Source of the DNA: an uncultured bacterium
GTDB taxonomy: Bacteria > Fidelibacterota > Marinisomatia > Marinisomatales > UBA1611
Direction of reading: 5' to 3'
NCBI GenBank assembly: GCA_943788175.1
Contig: CALSPG010000006.1
Location: 192,001-256,000, forward strand
DNA: 64,000 nt
Shown: piece by piece, positions 42,012 to 51,871 of the stretch
How the letters are laid out: each line of letters begins with the position of its first letter
Position numbering within the stretch: position 1 is the first letter of the stretch
The notes under the pieces: model-generated
Told to the model about the DNA's origin: nothing
Databases searched by the model: none
Seen by the model: only the letters and a program-made list of their open reading frames with translations
Translations under genes and position numbers: made by a program

Positions 42012-43025
42012 CTATTTACGATAGAAACCTTTAGTACTAAACTGAGAAAGACCTTCTTTCCCTTCTGATAAAATCCATAATACTTCTAATCCACCTGCTT
42101 CGGTTACGACTCTTAAGCCATCATCGAGTGACAAAATCATCAGCGCCGTAGCCCAGGCATCTGCGACTAAGCAGCTTCTAGCTTTTACGCTTACAGAAAG
42201 AATATTAGATTCAATAGAAAATCCATTTCGTGGATCAATGCTGTGAGTGATTTTTTTACCATTTTTCTCTTGAAAATTTCTATAATTCCCAGAAGTTGCT
42301 AAGGCCATATTCTTAATTTTGGTCTTAGCATATATTTTTTGATTAGAAACAATATTATCTATTGGAGAATCAATACCAATAGTCCAATTATCACCAGTTT
42401 TATTTACACCGCTGCATCTTAACTCACCTCCAATTTCTACATAAATATTTTTATAATTCTTATGTATTAACCAATCATGAATTATATCTACTGCGTAACC
42501 CTTAGCAATTGCATTAAGATCAATCTGAACTTTAGGATGTTTTTTTTTAATGTATGGATAGTCAAGATCTATTTTGTCTGCACCAATGTATTCAAGAACA
42601 TTTTTTATTTCATTCGCATCAGGACTTTTTGAATTATTCTTTCCTTTTGGTCCAAAACCCCAAATCTGAGCCAATGGGAAGACAGTATAATCAAAGGCAC
42701 CCGAGGTCTGATTATTAATTAGTTTTCCTTTCTTTAATACATGATAAAATTCATCAGAAATTTTGAAAGGGCTTGTAGAACGACTATGATTAAAAATTGA
42801 AATTTCACTGTTCTCAATCCAGGTTGACATCTGTTGATTGAGACTTATTAGAATTGAATCAATAGAATATTCAATTTGTTTGATTTTATCAATTTTGTGT
42901 GATTCATTTATTTTAATATTGAATGAAGTGCCCATAGTAAATCCAGAGATTGAATACTCAATAAATAAATCAGAACAAGAAAAGTAAAAGAAAAAGCCCA
43001 ATAACAATTGGGCTTTTAAAGGCAA
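42012..43025 (-). CDS. apbE: FAD:protein FMN transferase (lipoprotein); start uncertain
   Basis: FSC lipobox, TMGT, DLNAIAKGYAVD, EIGGE, ATSGNYR, ADAWATA. Confidence 0.93.
   Translation of the reverse strand: MPLKAQLLLGFFFYFSCSDLFIEYSISGFTMGTSFNIKINESHKIDKIKQIEYSIDSILISLNQQMSTWIENSEISIFNHSRSTSPFKISDEFYHVLKKGKLINNQTSGAFDYTVFPLAQIWGFGPKGKNNSKSPDANEIKNVLEYIGADKIDLDYPYIKKKHPKVQIDLNAIAKGYAVDIIHDWLIHKNYKNIYVEIGGELRCSGVNKTGDNWTIGIDSPIDNIVSNQKIYAKTKIKNMALATSGNYRNFQEKNGKKITHSIDPRNGFSIESNILSVSVKARSCLVADAWATALMILSLDDGLRVVTEAGGLEVLWILSEGKEGLSQFSTKGFYRK
42992..43017 (-). terminator. Intrinsic terminator-like hairpin after nqrF, overlapping the apbE 5' coding region
   Basis: Minus strand AAAAGCCCAAT-tgtt-ATTGGGCTTTT followed by TCTTTTACTTTT. 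Confidence 0.7.
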
Positions 43026-43041
43026 GTATTTAAGATATTTT

Positions 43042-44271
43042 TTACCCAAAGCTATCAAAAGCAATCATTTCTTTCTCAACACCAAGACCATCTAACATAT
43101 CTTCAACAGCTTTAATCATTGGTGGAGGACCACACATGTAATATTCTATTTCAGTTGGATCTTCATGATTACCCAAATAATTATCATGCGCAACTTGATG
43201 AATGAAACCAGTTGGTCCTGTCCAATTGTCTTCCGGTAATGGCTCTGATAGGGCAACATTGTAGTTAAAGTTGGGAAATTCTTTTGCAATTTTCTTAAAC
43301 TCATCATCATAAAACATTTCTCTAAGAGATCTAGCACCATACCAAAATGATACTTTTCGACCTGTTTTTAGAGTATGAAACAGGTGAAAAAGATGAGACC
43401 GCATGGGAGCCATGCCTGCTCCACCTCCTATGTAAACCATTTCACGGTCTGTATCTTTAATAAAAAACTCACCATATGGGCCAGATATTGTTACTGGGTC
43501 TCCAGGCTTCAAACTATAAATATATGAAGAAGCAATGCCTGGTGGAACATCATTCCACAATGCTGGAGGAGGAGTAGCAATCCTAACATTAAGCATAACT
43601 TTATTTCCCTCAGCCGGATGACTTGCCATTGAGTATGCCCTAAATTCATCTTCATCATTATTTGCAACTAAGCCCCAAATATTAAATTTATCCCAGTCTT
43701 CATGATATTCTTTATCTATATCAAAATTTTTAAATGTAAGACCATGATATTCTGGAATGTCTATTTGAATATAACCGCCTGCTTGAAAATCCAAGTTTTC
43801 ACCTTCAGGAAGTTCTATGACGAACTCTCTAATAAAAGTAGCAACATCGGTATTTGATTTCACAGTGCAATCCCATTTTCGAACACTGAAGACTTCTTCA
43901 GGAACATGAATTTTCATATCTTCTTTGACTTTAACTTGACAAGCTAAACGCCAATTTTCTTTTGCTTCAGGTCTGCTTATATGACTAGTCTCTGTTGGAA
44001 GTATGTCTCCTCCGCCCTCAAAAACTTGGCATTTGCACATTGCACAAGTTCCGCCTCCGCCACATGCAGAAGGTAAAAATACTTTTTGACCACTTAATGC
44101 TCCTAGAAGTGTACCACCGGTACCAACACTAATCGCATTATTAGGTTCATCATTAATTAGTATTGAGACATCCCCTTGCGGAAGCAATTTTTTTTCTGCT
44201 AAATTTAAAAGCAAAACTAAACACATCGTGATGCTACCAAAAACAATTACACTAACAATAGTAAATTCCAT
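43042..44271 (-). CDS. nqrF: Na+-NQR subunit F
   Basis: [10 protein letters not shown] 2Fe-2S motif, [24 protein letters not shown]. Confidence 0.97.
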   Translation of the reverse strand: MEFTIVSVIVFGSITMCLVLLLNLAEKKLLPQGDVSILINDEPNNAISVGTGGTLLGALSGQKVFLPSACGGGGTCAMCKCQVFEGGGDILPTETSHISRPEAKENWRLACQVKVKEDMKIHVPEEVFSVRKWDCTVKSNTDVATFIREFVIELPEGENLDFQAGGYIQIDIPEYHGLTFKNFDIDKEYHEDWDKFNIWGLVANNDEDEFRAYSMASHPAEGNKVMLNVRIATPPPALWNDVPPGIASSYIYSLKPGDPVTISGPYGEFFIKDTDREMVYIGGGAGMAPMRSHLFHLFHTLKTGRKVSFWYGARSLREMFYDDEFKKIAKEFPNFNYNVALSEPLPEDNWTGPTGFIHQVAHDNYLGNHEDPTEIEYYMCGPPPMIKAVEDMLDGLGVEKEMIAFDSFG

Positions 44272-44288
44272 AAACTAGACCTAAATAA

Positions 44289-44897
44289 CTACAAACTGAT
44301 TCCAGAAAAACCTAAAAACGCCATAGAAATTAAACCAGTTAATAGCATGGCCATGCCAACTCCTCTTAATGATGAAGGAACATCTGAATATCTCATTCTT
44401 TTCCTTACTGTAGCTAATGAAACAATCGCGAGAAAAAACCCTAACCCTGAACCAAAACCAAATACAGTTGATTCAGCCAGATTATAATCTCTTTCCACTA
44501 GAAAAAGGGACGTCCCAAGAATCGAACAGTTAACAGTAATTAAAGGAAGAAAAATGCCTAAATTGACGTAAAGTGCAGGTGAAAACCGATCCATTAACAT
44601 CTCGACTAATTGAACCATTGCTGCAATCACTGAGATAAAAACTATAAATTGAAGAAAATCAAGATTAATATGCCCTAAACCAGCCCAGCTTAATGCTCCC
44701 TCAGCTAAAAGATACTCATTGATTGCCCAGTTTGCTGGGGCAGTAATTGACAAAACGAAAATCACAGCTAACCCAAGACCAATCGATGTTTCCACTTTCT
44801 TTGATATTGATAAAAAAGAGCACATCCCTAAAAAATAAATCAATAATATATTTTCTATGAATACTGAGTTTATAATAATATTTATGTAATGTTGCAT
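44289..44897 (-). CDS. nqrE: Na+-NQR subunit E
   Basis: FLGMCSFL, LPLITVNC, RYSDVP. Confidence 0.95.
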   Translation of the reverse strand: MQHYINIIINSVFIENILLIYFLGMCSFLSISKKVETSIGLGLAVIFVLSITAPANWAINEYLLAEGALSWAGLGHINLDFLQFIVFISVIAAMVQLVEMLMDRFSPALYVNLGIFLPLITVNCSILGTSLFLVERDYNLAESTVFGFGSGLGFFLAIVSLATVRKRMRYSDVPSSLRGVGMAMLLTGLISMAFLGFSGISL

Positions 44898-44899
44898 AT

Positions 44900-45529
44900 T
44901 TAATGTTTATCCGATGTTCCAGTATAAGCTCTATGCGCCCAAACAATTAAACCTAAAATAAAAAATGCTCCTGGAGACAAAATCATTAAACCATTATTTT
45001 CATAGCCACCAAGATAGATTTGATTAGCTATTACTTGAGCACCATAAATAGATCCAAAACCAAATAATTCTCTAAAAAAAGCAACCGCTATCAAAATAGA
45101 GCCATAGCCAAGACCATTACCCATACCATCGAGAAGAGCCTTGCTTGGAGAATTTTGCATAGCATAAGCTTCTGCACGGCCTAGAACTATACAATTAGTA
45201 ATGATAAGCCCTAAAAAAACGCCAAGAAGTTTGCTCATATCATACATGTAAGCCTTCAATACTTGATCAGCTATAATAACTAGCGAAGCTATTACACTCA
45301 TTTGTATTATAATTCTAACTTTATTAGGAATATTATTACGCAAAAAAGATATAACAACATTCGATATTGAAAGAACTGCAACAACAGCAATCGTCATTAC
45401 CACTGCTGTATCTATTTTTGTTGTAATAGCTAGAGCAGAGCATATACCAAGCACATGGATAGAAATTGGATTTTCCCCCATTAAAGGGTCTTTAATTATT
45501 TTTTTATTTTTACTACTAAAGAGACTCAA
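44900..45529 (-). CDS. nqrD: Na+-NQR subunit D
   Basis: VLGICSALA, GLIITNCIVLGRAEA. Confidence 0.95.
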   Translation of the reverse strand: MSLFSSKNKKIIKDPLMGENPISIHVLGICSALAITTKIDTAVVMTIAVVAVLSISNVVISFLRNNIPNKVRIIIQMSVIASLVIIADQVLKAYMYDMSKLLGVFLGLIITNCIVLGRAEAYAMQNSPSKALLDGMGNGLGYGSILIAVAFFRELFGFGSIYGAQVIANQIYLGGYENNGLMILSPGAFFILGLIVWAHRAYTGTSDKH

Positions 45530-46217
45530 TTTGATTCAACTTTCTGACTTTTGATAAATATGGTTCATATTTTTGCAAATCATTTTTTAGAAAAGTGGTT
45601 AATCCCTTCCCGGTAATTGTAGCACCTGAAATTCCATCTACTTTATGCATAGCTTTAGGATCAGTACTAGATACATAGCCTTTAACAACCTCTACACTAA
45701 CTAAGCTACCATTGGTATCAATAAGTTTTTTCCCAACAAAGTTACTTTGAAACCACTCTTTATCTACTTCAGCACCAAGACCGGGTGTTTCTTTATGACG
45801 ATAAAAAGTAATACCCTTGACCGTTTCAGCATCAGGTTCAATTGCGAAGTATCCATACATCGTTCCCCATAACCCTTTTCCAGCGATAGGGATGGCATAA
45901 CCAGTCACTTTATCATTTTCTCTGCTTTGGTATATAGTATATTTATCCGAATTGGATGATTCAATCGGACCAAGAATAGAGCCTGTTTTATCAACGATGA
46001 GCTCGTTAATATTTTGTTCATATAAAGATTGAATCTTGTCATTCTCCCATTCGCTACTTAGGCTAAAACCAAGCACAGATAGTATATTTTTTTTTATATC
46101 AAGCTCTTCATTAATAGATTGTCGTTCTCGCAAACTATCAGCAGTAACGGATAACCCCAAACCTAGGACAACTGTAACAATTGTTGTAAAAACAATAGTG
46201 TATGTATCGCTACGCAT
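45516..46217 (-). CDS. nqrC: Na+-NQR subunit C
   Basis: GKGLWG, ETPGLG, FMN site DGISGAT. Confidence 0.95.
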   Translation of the reverse strand: MRSDTYTIVFTTIVTVVLGLGLSVTADSLRERQSINEELDIKKNILSVLGFSLSSEWENDKIQSLYEQNINELIVDKTGSILGPIESSNSDKYTIYQSRENDKVTGYAIPIAGKGLWGTMYGYFAIEPDAETVKGITFYRHKETPGLGAEVDKEWFQSNFVGKKLIDTNGSLVSVEVVKGYVSSTDPKAMHKVDGISGATITGKGLTTFLKNDLQKYEPYLSKVRKLNQIESL

Positions 46218-47382
46218 ATCTTGCCATCCTTTTTCTTATATTCACTTTCACAACGAAATAATCAATTAATGATGCAAATGCATTCATTAATAAAATTGCC
46301 AACATAACACCCTCGGGGTACGCTGGATTAATCGACCTAATGATAACTGTCAAAACACCAACAAAAAACCCGTAAACTAGCCTTCCAGTGTCTGTATGAG
46401 AGCCTGTAACAGGCTCCGTAGCCATAAAAGTCAGCCCGAACGCAAAACTCCCCATTACTAAATGGTAATGCGGAGGGATCGACAACATTGAATTATCAGA
46501 AAATGGAGCAATCAGGGTACCAATATATGACATAGCAAAAAGTCCACTTACACCTCCTAATATCACCCTCCAGGAAATCAATTTCATGATCATTAGAGCA
46601 ACAGCAGCTAAGAATATGATAAATTTATTTGTTTCGCCAATGGAACCTGGAATCCAACCTGATGCTAAATTTATCCAAGAATAATCAAATTGAGTTATTC
46701 CATCTAAAAGAGAAACTGCATCTGCGCTATTGGTAGAAGCAGGTACAGACAAAGCAGTAGCACCTGAGTAACCATCAGGACCAACAAGCCAGACCATGTC
46801 GCCTGAAATTTTACTAGGATATGAAAAGAAAATAAAGCACCTAGCCGTTAAAGCTGGGTTAAAAATATTCATACCAACTCCACCGAAAATTTCTTTACCT
46901 ATCACAATCCCGAAGGAAGTAGCAATGAATAATTGCCAAAGAGGAATTGATGGCGGCATTGTAAGTGGAATGAGAGCGCAGGTAACAAGAAAACCTTCTG
47001 ATATTTCATGTTTTCTAACGATAGCAAATAAAATTTCCCAAAAAGCACCGGCAACAAATGTTACTACAATTATTGGGATAATTGTTTTAGCCCCAAAAAT
47101 TAAATTTTCTACCCAAGTTCTCTCCAACCCAAATGAGAGGGCATTTTGATATCCTATATTTATTGCCCCAAAGACATAGCAAGGTATTAGTGCAACAACG
47201 ACGAGAATCATTACTCTTTTAATATCAATACTATCTCTAATATGAGGCGCAGATTTTGTTTTTGCATCCGTACTAAATAATATCGTTTCGGTTGCCTCAT
47301 ACAATGGATATAACCAATTAAGTTTTTGTCCTTCATCAAAATTAGGCTTTATTTTTAATAAATAGTCTAACAACCACTTCAT
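46210..47382 (-). CDS. nqrB: Na+-NQR subunit B
   Basis: PHIRD, GKEIFGG, FMN site DGYSGAT, PGSIGET, NPAYPEG. Confidence 0.95.
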   Translation of the reverse strand: MKWLLDYLLKIKPNFDEGQKLNWLYPLYEATETILFSTDAKTKSAPHIRDSIDIKRVMILVVVALIPCYVFGAINIGYQNALSFGLERTWVENLIFGAKTIIPIIVVTFVAGAFWEILFAIVRKHEISEGFLVTCALIPLTMPPSIPLWQLFIATSFGIVIGKEIFGGVGMNIFNPALTARCFIFFSYPSKISGDMVWLVGPDGYSGATALSVPASTNSADAVSLLDGITQFDYSWINLASGWIPGSIGETNKFIIFLAAVALMIMKLISWRVILGGVSGLFAMSYIGTLIAPFSDNSMLSIPPHYHLVMGSFAFGLTFMATEPVTGSHTDTGRLVYGFFVGVLTVIIRSINPAYPEGVMLAILLMNAFASLIDYFVVKVNIRKRMARYA

Positions 47383-47383
47383 C

Positions 47384-48727
47384 TTAAACCTCTGCTTGAA
47401 GCATATCTAAACCTTTTCTAATCACACCACTAACGTCTGTTTTAGAAGGGCAAGCAAATGAACACAATGCAAAGTCTTCATCATCGCACTCGAATAACCC
47501 TAAACTTTCCATCTCTTCAATGTCTTCAGCAAGAATAGAACGATATAATTCATTCGGAAGAATGTCCATAGGCAGAACTCGTTCCCAAGAATTTATTGGA
47601 ACTACTGCTCTGTGATTACCATTTTGAGAGGAAGTAAAAGGAAACAATATATTACTTAAAGATACAAATACAGGAGTTAAACTATATCTTGATGAACTAC
47701 TGCCAGGATTAAGCATGCCTATAAACTCTCTATTAATTTCATTAGAAATAACACTAATTGAACTATCGTAAAAGCTCATATAATCTTCTAAGGTACATTC
47801 TCTACCTGTCAAAACATCTCCAGAAATCAATCTAACATCCTCTGATGATAGATTCGACCTTAAAATAGATTCAACAGGATATCCAGTTTTAACTCTAAGA
47901 TGCGTTGGGTTTTTAACGCCTGGACCTGCGACTGTAATAATTTTAGAAGGGTCATATACACCCTTCAAAAAAAGTTTTCCAATCATGGCAACATCCTGAG
48001 GAGCAATAGTCCAAATCAATTCAGACGGCTTGAGGTGTGAAATATGGTGTATCTGAATACTTACATTACCTGCCGGATGAGGACCTTCAATGGTATTAAT
48101 ATTCACATTTTCAACATCGGAAAGCCTAGAATCAACTTTATTGGTAAGGTATACTTTGCCGTCAGTTAATTTTTCTATTGCATTTATCCCAGCTTGAAAA
48201 TTTTCTATATCGTCAGCCATCGCGATTTCAATATCGACCGCTAGAGGGGCGGTATTTATGCCCGAAATAAAAATATCTCGAGGCTTGATCTTAGGATCAG
48301 GAATAGTATTAAAAGGCCTTTGTCTAAAATGAGGAAATAAATTCGCTCCTAGTATCACATCCAGAACCTCGTCTTTTGATAAATTAGAAATGTCATCAAT
48401 TGAATGACTTTTAAAATCAAGACTTTGCTGATCCTTATCTAATTCTATTTCAATTTTTTCTATAACTCGCCTTGGACCAAACTTAATATCTTTAATTATA
48501 CCACTACCCGGAGATGCCCACCTCACTTCGGGGTTTAATTTATCAAGAAATAAAGGAGAACCTATTTTAACACTATCTCCAACTTTAACCATTAGTTTTG
48601 GTTTAACACCTTTAAAATCTGAGGGCAATAATGCTAACTCTGAAGCTGTAGACCCTGTGGATATATCTGATTCTGGAATCCCAGAAATTTTAATATCATG
48701 GCCTTTTTTAATCTTTATGTGGGACAT
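47384..48727 (-). CDS. nqrA: Na+-NQR subunit A
   Basis: IKKGHDI, FRQRPF, GPHPAGN, EDFALCSFACPSK. Confidence 0.95.
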   Translation of the reverse strand: MSHIKIKKGHDIKISGIPESDISTGSTASELALLPSDFKGVKPKLMVKVGDSVKIGSPLFLDKLNPEVRWASPGSGIIKDIKFGPRRVIEKIEIELDKDQQSLDFKSHSIDDISNLSKDEVLDVILGANLFPHFRQRPFNTIPDPKIKPRDIFISGINTAPLAVDIEIAMADDIENFQAGINAIEKLTDGKVYLTNKVDSRLSDVENVNINTIEGPHPAGNVSIQIHHISHLKPSELIWTIAPQDVAMIGKLFLKGVYDPSKIITVAGPGVKNPTHLRVKTGYPVESILRSNLSSEDVRLISGDVLTGRECTLEDYMSFYDSSISVISNEINREFIGMLNPGSSSSRYSLTPVFVSLSNILFPFTSSQNGNHRAVVPINSWERVLPMDILPNELYRSILAEDIEEMESLGLFECDDEDFALCSFACPSKTDVSGVIRKGLDMLQAEV

Positions 48728-48799
48728 TATTTAAGCTTAAAAATTATTAGCGTTATCTTATTATAAATTTAGAAATAAATCTTAATTAAATGAAACCAT

Positions 48800-50290
48800 T
48801 TACATACCTTGGGAGTAGAAAACCAATGATTCTTTGACCCAATTTGCTAGAGGATTCCAATATAATCCAAGAACCAAGGATGGTACAGCCGTAAATATAA
48901 TTAGCCCCAACATTAAAGAAGGCGGATAAGACAACTTATCGCTTCTTTTACCAGATAAGAACATTACTTTAACCACGTGAAAATAATAATAAAGCGAGAT
49001 GACACTGTTGATACCTCCTGCTACGACCAACCAAAGAAAATCATTTCCAGCGCCAACAAGTGTTTTAAATATATATAGTTTACCAACGAACCCGGCTGTT
49101 GGAGGCAACCCAGTCAACGAGAGCATAAATAAAGTCATAAGTGCGCCAACAATTGGCATTTTCCAACCTAGACCATCATATTCGTCAAAGGTTTCTCCTC
49201 CTGTTTTATTTTTTACAATAATAACTATGAAAAAAGCACCTAGGTTCATAAAAATATAAACAAAAAGATAAATCATTATTGATTCTACAGCGTCAATTGA
49301 AAGAACTGGAAGTGCAAGCATCATGTATCCAGCATGCGCTATACTCGAGTAAGCAAGCATTCTCTTAATACTTTCTTGTTGAATTGCTACAAGGTTTCCA
49401 AGTGTCATTGTAACAACAGCTAAAATTCCAATAATTTCAGGCCATGGCAAATCAGTGTAACCCATAGCATTACCCGATAAGGCAATGCTATCAGAAAAGA
49501 CTTGATGAAAAAAGCGGATAATCATTGCGAACCCCGCAGCCTTTGGAGCAACGGAAAGATAAGCAGTTATCGTTGTCGGGGCACCTTCGTAAACATCTGG
49601 AGTCCAAAAATGAAAAGGAACAGAAGAAATCTTATACCCGAATCCAGCAAAAATCATGAGCAAGGCCATTATCAATGCTGGGTTAGCTGAGCTATCTATA
49701 GATGAAATAGCTTCTTGAATGACGAAATAATTTGTACTACCAGTCAAGCCAAATACTAGACTAAGCCCAAAAAGCATTACCCCTGAACTGAAAGCACCAT
49801 ATATGACATATTTCAGTCCAGCCTCATTTGATCGAGTATTCAATTTTAAATAACCAGCAAGAACAAAAGACATTATTGAGACAACTTCGATTGAAACATA
49901 TAGCATAATAATATCAATAGACGAAGTCATCAAAAATAACCCAACAACCATAATACCAATAAGCGTAAAATATTCGCCCTTCCTATATTTAGACAATTCG
50001 TTATTTGCCCAACTAGCAACAATAATTAACAAAGTTGAAATGATAATTATAATCTTCATATATGAACTAAAAGGATCAATAACAATCATATCTAAAAACA
50101 ATGTAGTAGGAGGAACAGAGCTTAAATTATAAACAGATAAGCCTACGATAACAAGACCAATACCCAAGATCCAACCAATCAAGTCTGTTTTAGATTTTTT
50201 TAAAAATAAATCAGTAATTAAACAGGCTAAAATGGTAATAACCAAGATTATTTCAGGTATAAAAAACTCTAAACTCTGCAAATTAGTCAT
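48800..50290 (-). CDS. nuoN: Complex I subunit N
   Basis: EAGLKY, PFHFWTPDVYEGAP, KRMLAYSSIAHAG. Confidence 0.95.
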   Translation of the reverse strand: MTNLQSLEFFIPEIILVITILACLITDLFLKKSKTDLIGWILGIGLVIVGLSVYNLSSVPPTTLFLDMIVIDPFSSYMKIIIIISTLLIIVASWANNELSKYRKGEYFTLIGIMVVGLFLMTSSIDIIMLYVSIEVVSIMSFVLAGYLKLNTRSNEAGLKYVIYGAFSSGVMLFGLSLVFGLTGSTNYFVIQEAISSIDSSANPALIMALLMIFAGFGYKISSVPFHFWTPDVYEGAPTTITAYLSVAPKAAGFAMIIRFFHQVFSDSIALSGNAMGYTDLPWPEIIGILAVVTMTLGNLVAIQQESIKRMLAYSSIAHAGYMMLALPVLSIDAVESIMIYLFVYIFMNLGAFFIVIIVKNKTGGETFDEYDGLGWKMPIVGALMTLFMLSLTGLPPTAGFVGKLYIFKTLVGAGNDFLWLVVAGGINSVISLYYYFHVVKVMFLSGKRSDKLSYPPSLMLGLIIFTAVPSLVLGLYWNPLANWVKESLVFYSQGM

Positions 50291-50301
50291 TTAAATAATC
50301 C

Positions 50302-51846
50302 TTACATTACGCCGTAGGAAGCAGCAAATGCAATTTTTTCAATTATTTGATCCATAGTGGCTTTAATTAAATCAAGGTATGGCCCGGGGTAAATACCAAA
50401 GAATAAAGTAATAATTGCTAATGGAATCACAGTAAATAATTCCAGTCCATTAATTTCTTTCATATCTTTATACTTTTCGTTTAATTCGCCAAAGAAGACT
50501 CGCTGAAAAGCCCACAAAAAATATGCTGCATTTAACAGAATCCCAATAGTACTTAAGACAACGATAGCTTTAAACACAGGGAAAGCACCAATGAAACACA
50601 TTGCTTCACTTACAAAACCTGAAAAACCAGGAAGCCCTAATCCAGCAAAAAAGGCCAACGCTGTAATACCTGTGTAAATAGGCATCTGACTAGCCAGTCC
50701 ACCAAAACCATCAATATCACGATGATGGGCTCTTTCATAAACAACACCAACAAGAATGAATAACATTGCAGAAATAGTTCCATGATTAAACATTTGGAAT
50801 ACAGCACCACTCAAACCAGCCTGCGCTGCTTTCAGATCACTACCATTCATCTCACCAGCTGCCACAACAGCAGCAATACCAATTAATGAGTAACCCATGT
50901 GATTAATACTAGAGTATGCAACTAACTTTTTCAAATCAGTTTGGGCTAATGCACACAGGCCTCCCCAGATAACATTTACTAAACCTAAAAACGCTAAACC
51001 ACCAGCAAACCAATAGACTTGATCTGGCATTATTCCATAATTAACCCTTATTATACCGTAGACACCCAACTTTAATAATATTCCAGCTAGTAGCACAGAA
51101 ATTGCTGTCGGAGCTTCTACGTGGGCAAGTGGCAACCAAGTATGAAATGGGAAAACAGGAACCTTTATAGCGAAACCAATAAATAACAAAACCCAGATAA
51201 CCTTCGCAGCACTCATACCCCACCAAAGGACACCATTGAGGGCTTCAGGTGCTCTTTCCATAATAAGCAAAATATCAAAAGTTTTTCCGCATGTAAAATA
51301 TAAACCTAATATACCTATCAACATCAAAACAGAACCAAAAAGCGTATACAAAAAGAATTTAATTGCAGCGTATTCTCTTTGAGGACCACCCCACATTCCA
51401 ATTAAGAAGTACATCGGAAGAAGCATAACTTCCCAAAAAATATAAAATAAAAAGAAGTCAAGTGATAAAAAAACACCTAATACACCGGCATTTAAAAGAA
51501 GATAAAGAGCAAAATAGCCTTTAACAGCTTTTTTAATATTCCAACTTACAAAAACACCAATGAAAAACAACATTGCAGTCAAAAGAACCATCGGTAGACT
51601 TAGACCATCAACACCAAGTATGTAAGATATATTAAGAGAAGGAATCCATTCATATCGCTCCATGAACTGCATTGAGCCGTTGACCGGGTCAAAAGCCCGC
51701 CACAAAACAATAGCAACTATGAATTCCAAACCAGTGATTGCCGCAGATATATATCTGACTAAATTTTCATTATCTCTAGGAAGGAATGCAACTATAATTG
51801 CACCCAAAATAGGGATCCATATTAATAAACTAAGAATATTCTCCAT
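50302..51846 (-). CDS. nuoM: Complex I subunit M
   Basis: FWEVML, PFHTWLPLAHVEAP, LLKLG, VAYSSINHMG. Confidence 0.95.
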   Translation of the reverse strand: MENILSLLIWIPILGAIIVAFLPRDNENLVRYISAAITGLEFIVAIVLWRAFDPVNGSMQFMERYEWIPSLNISYILGVDGLSLPMVLLTAMLFFIGVFVSWNIKKAVKGYFALYLLLNAGVLGVFLSLDFFLFYIFWEVMLLPMYFLIGMWGGPQREYAAIKFFLYTLFGSVLMLIGILGLYFTCGKTFDILLIMERAPEALNGVLWWGMSAAKVIWVLLFIGFAIKVPVFPFHTWLPLAHVEAPTAISVLLAGILLKLGVYGIIRVNYGIMPDQVYWFAGGLAFLGLVNVIWGGLCALAQTDLKKLVAYSSINHMGYSLIGIAAVVAAGEMNGSDLKAAQAGLSGAVFQMFNHGTISAMLFILVGVVYERAHHRDIDGFGGLASQMPIYTGITALAFFAGLGLPGFSGFVSEAMCFIGAFPVFKAIVVLSTIGILLNAAYFLWAFQRVFFGELNEKYKDMKEINGLELFTVIPLAIITLFFGIYPGPYLDLIKATMDQIIEKIAFAASYGVM

Positions 51847-51871
51847 GTGTATATCTCTTGTATTCTATTGG

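Noticed and set aside
43042-48727. Rnf complex
   Set aside because: NqrA and NqrF are present, gene order is nqrABCDEF, and there are no RnfB/RnfC ferredoxin motifs.
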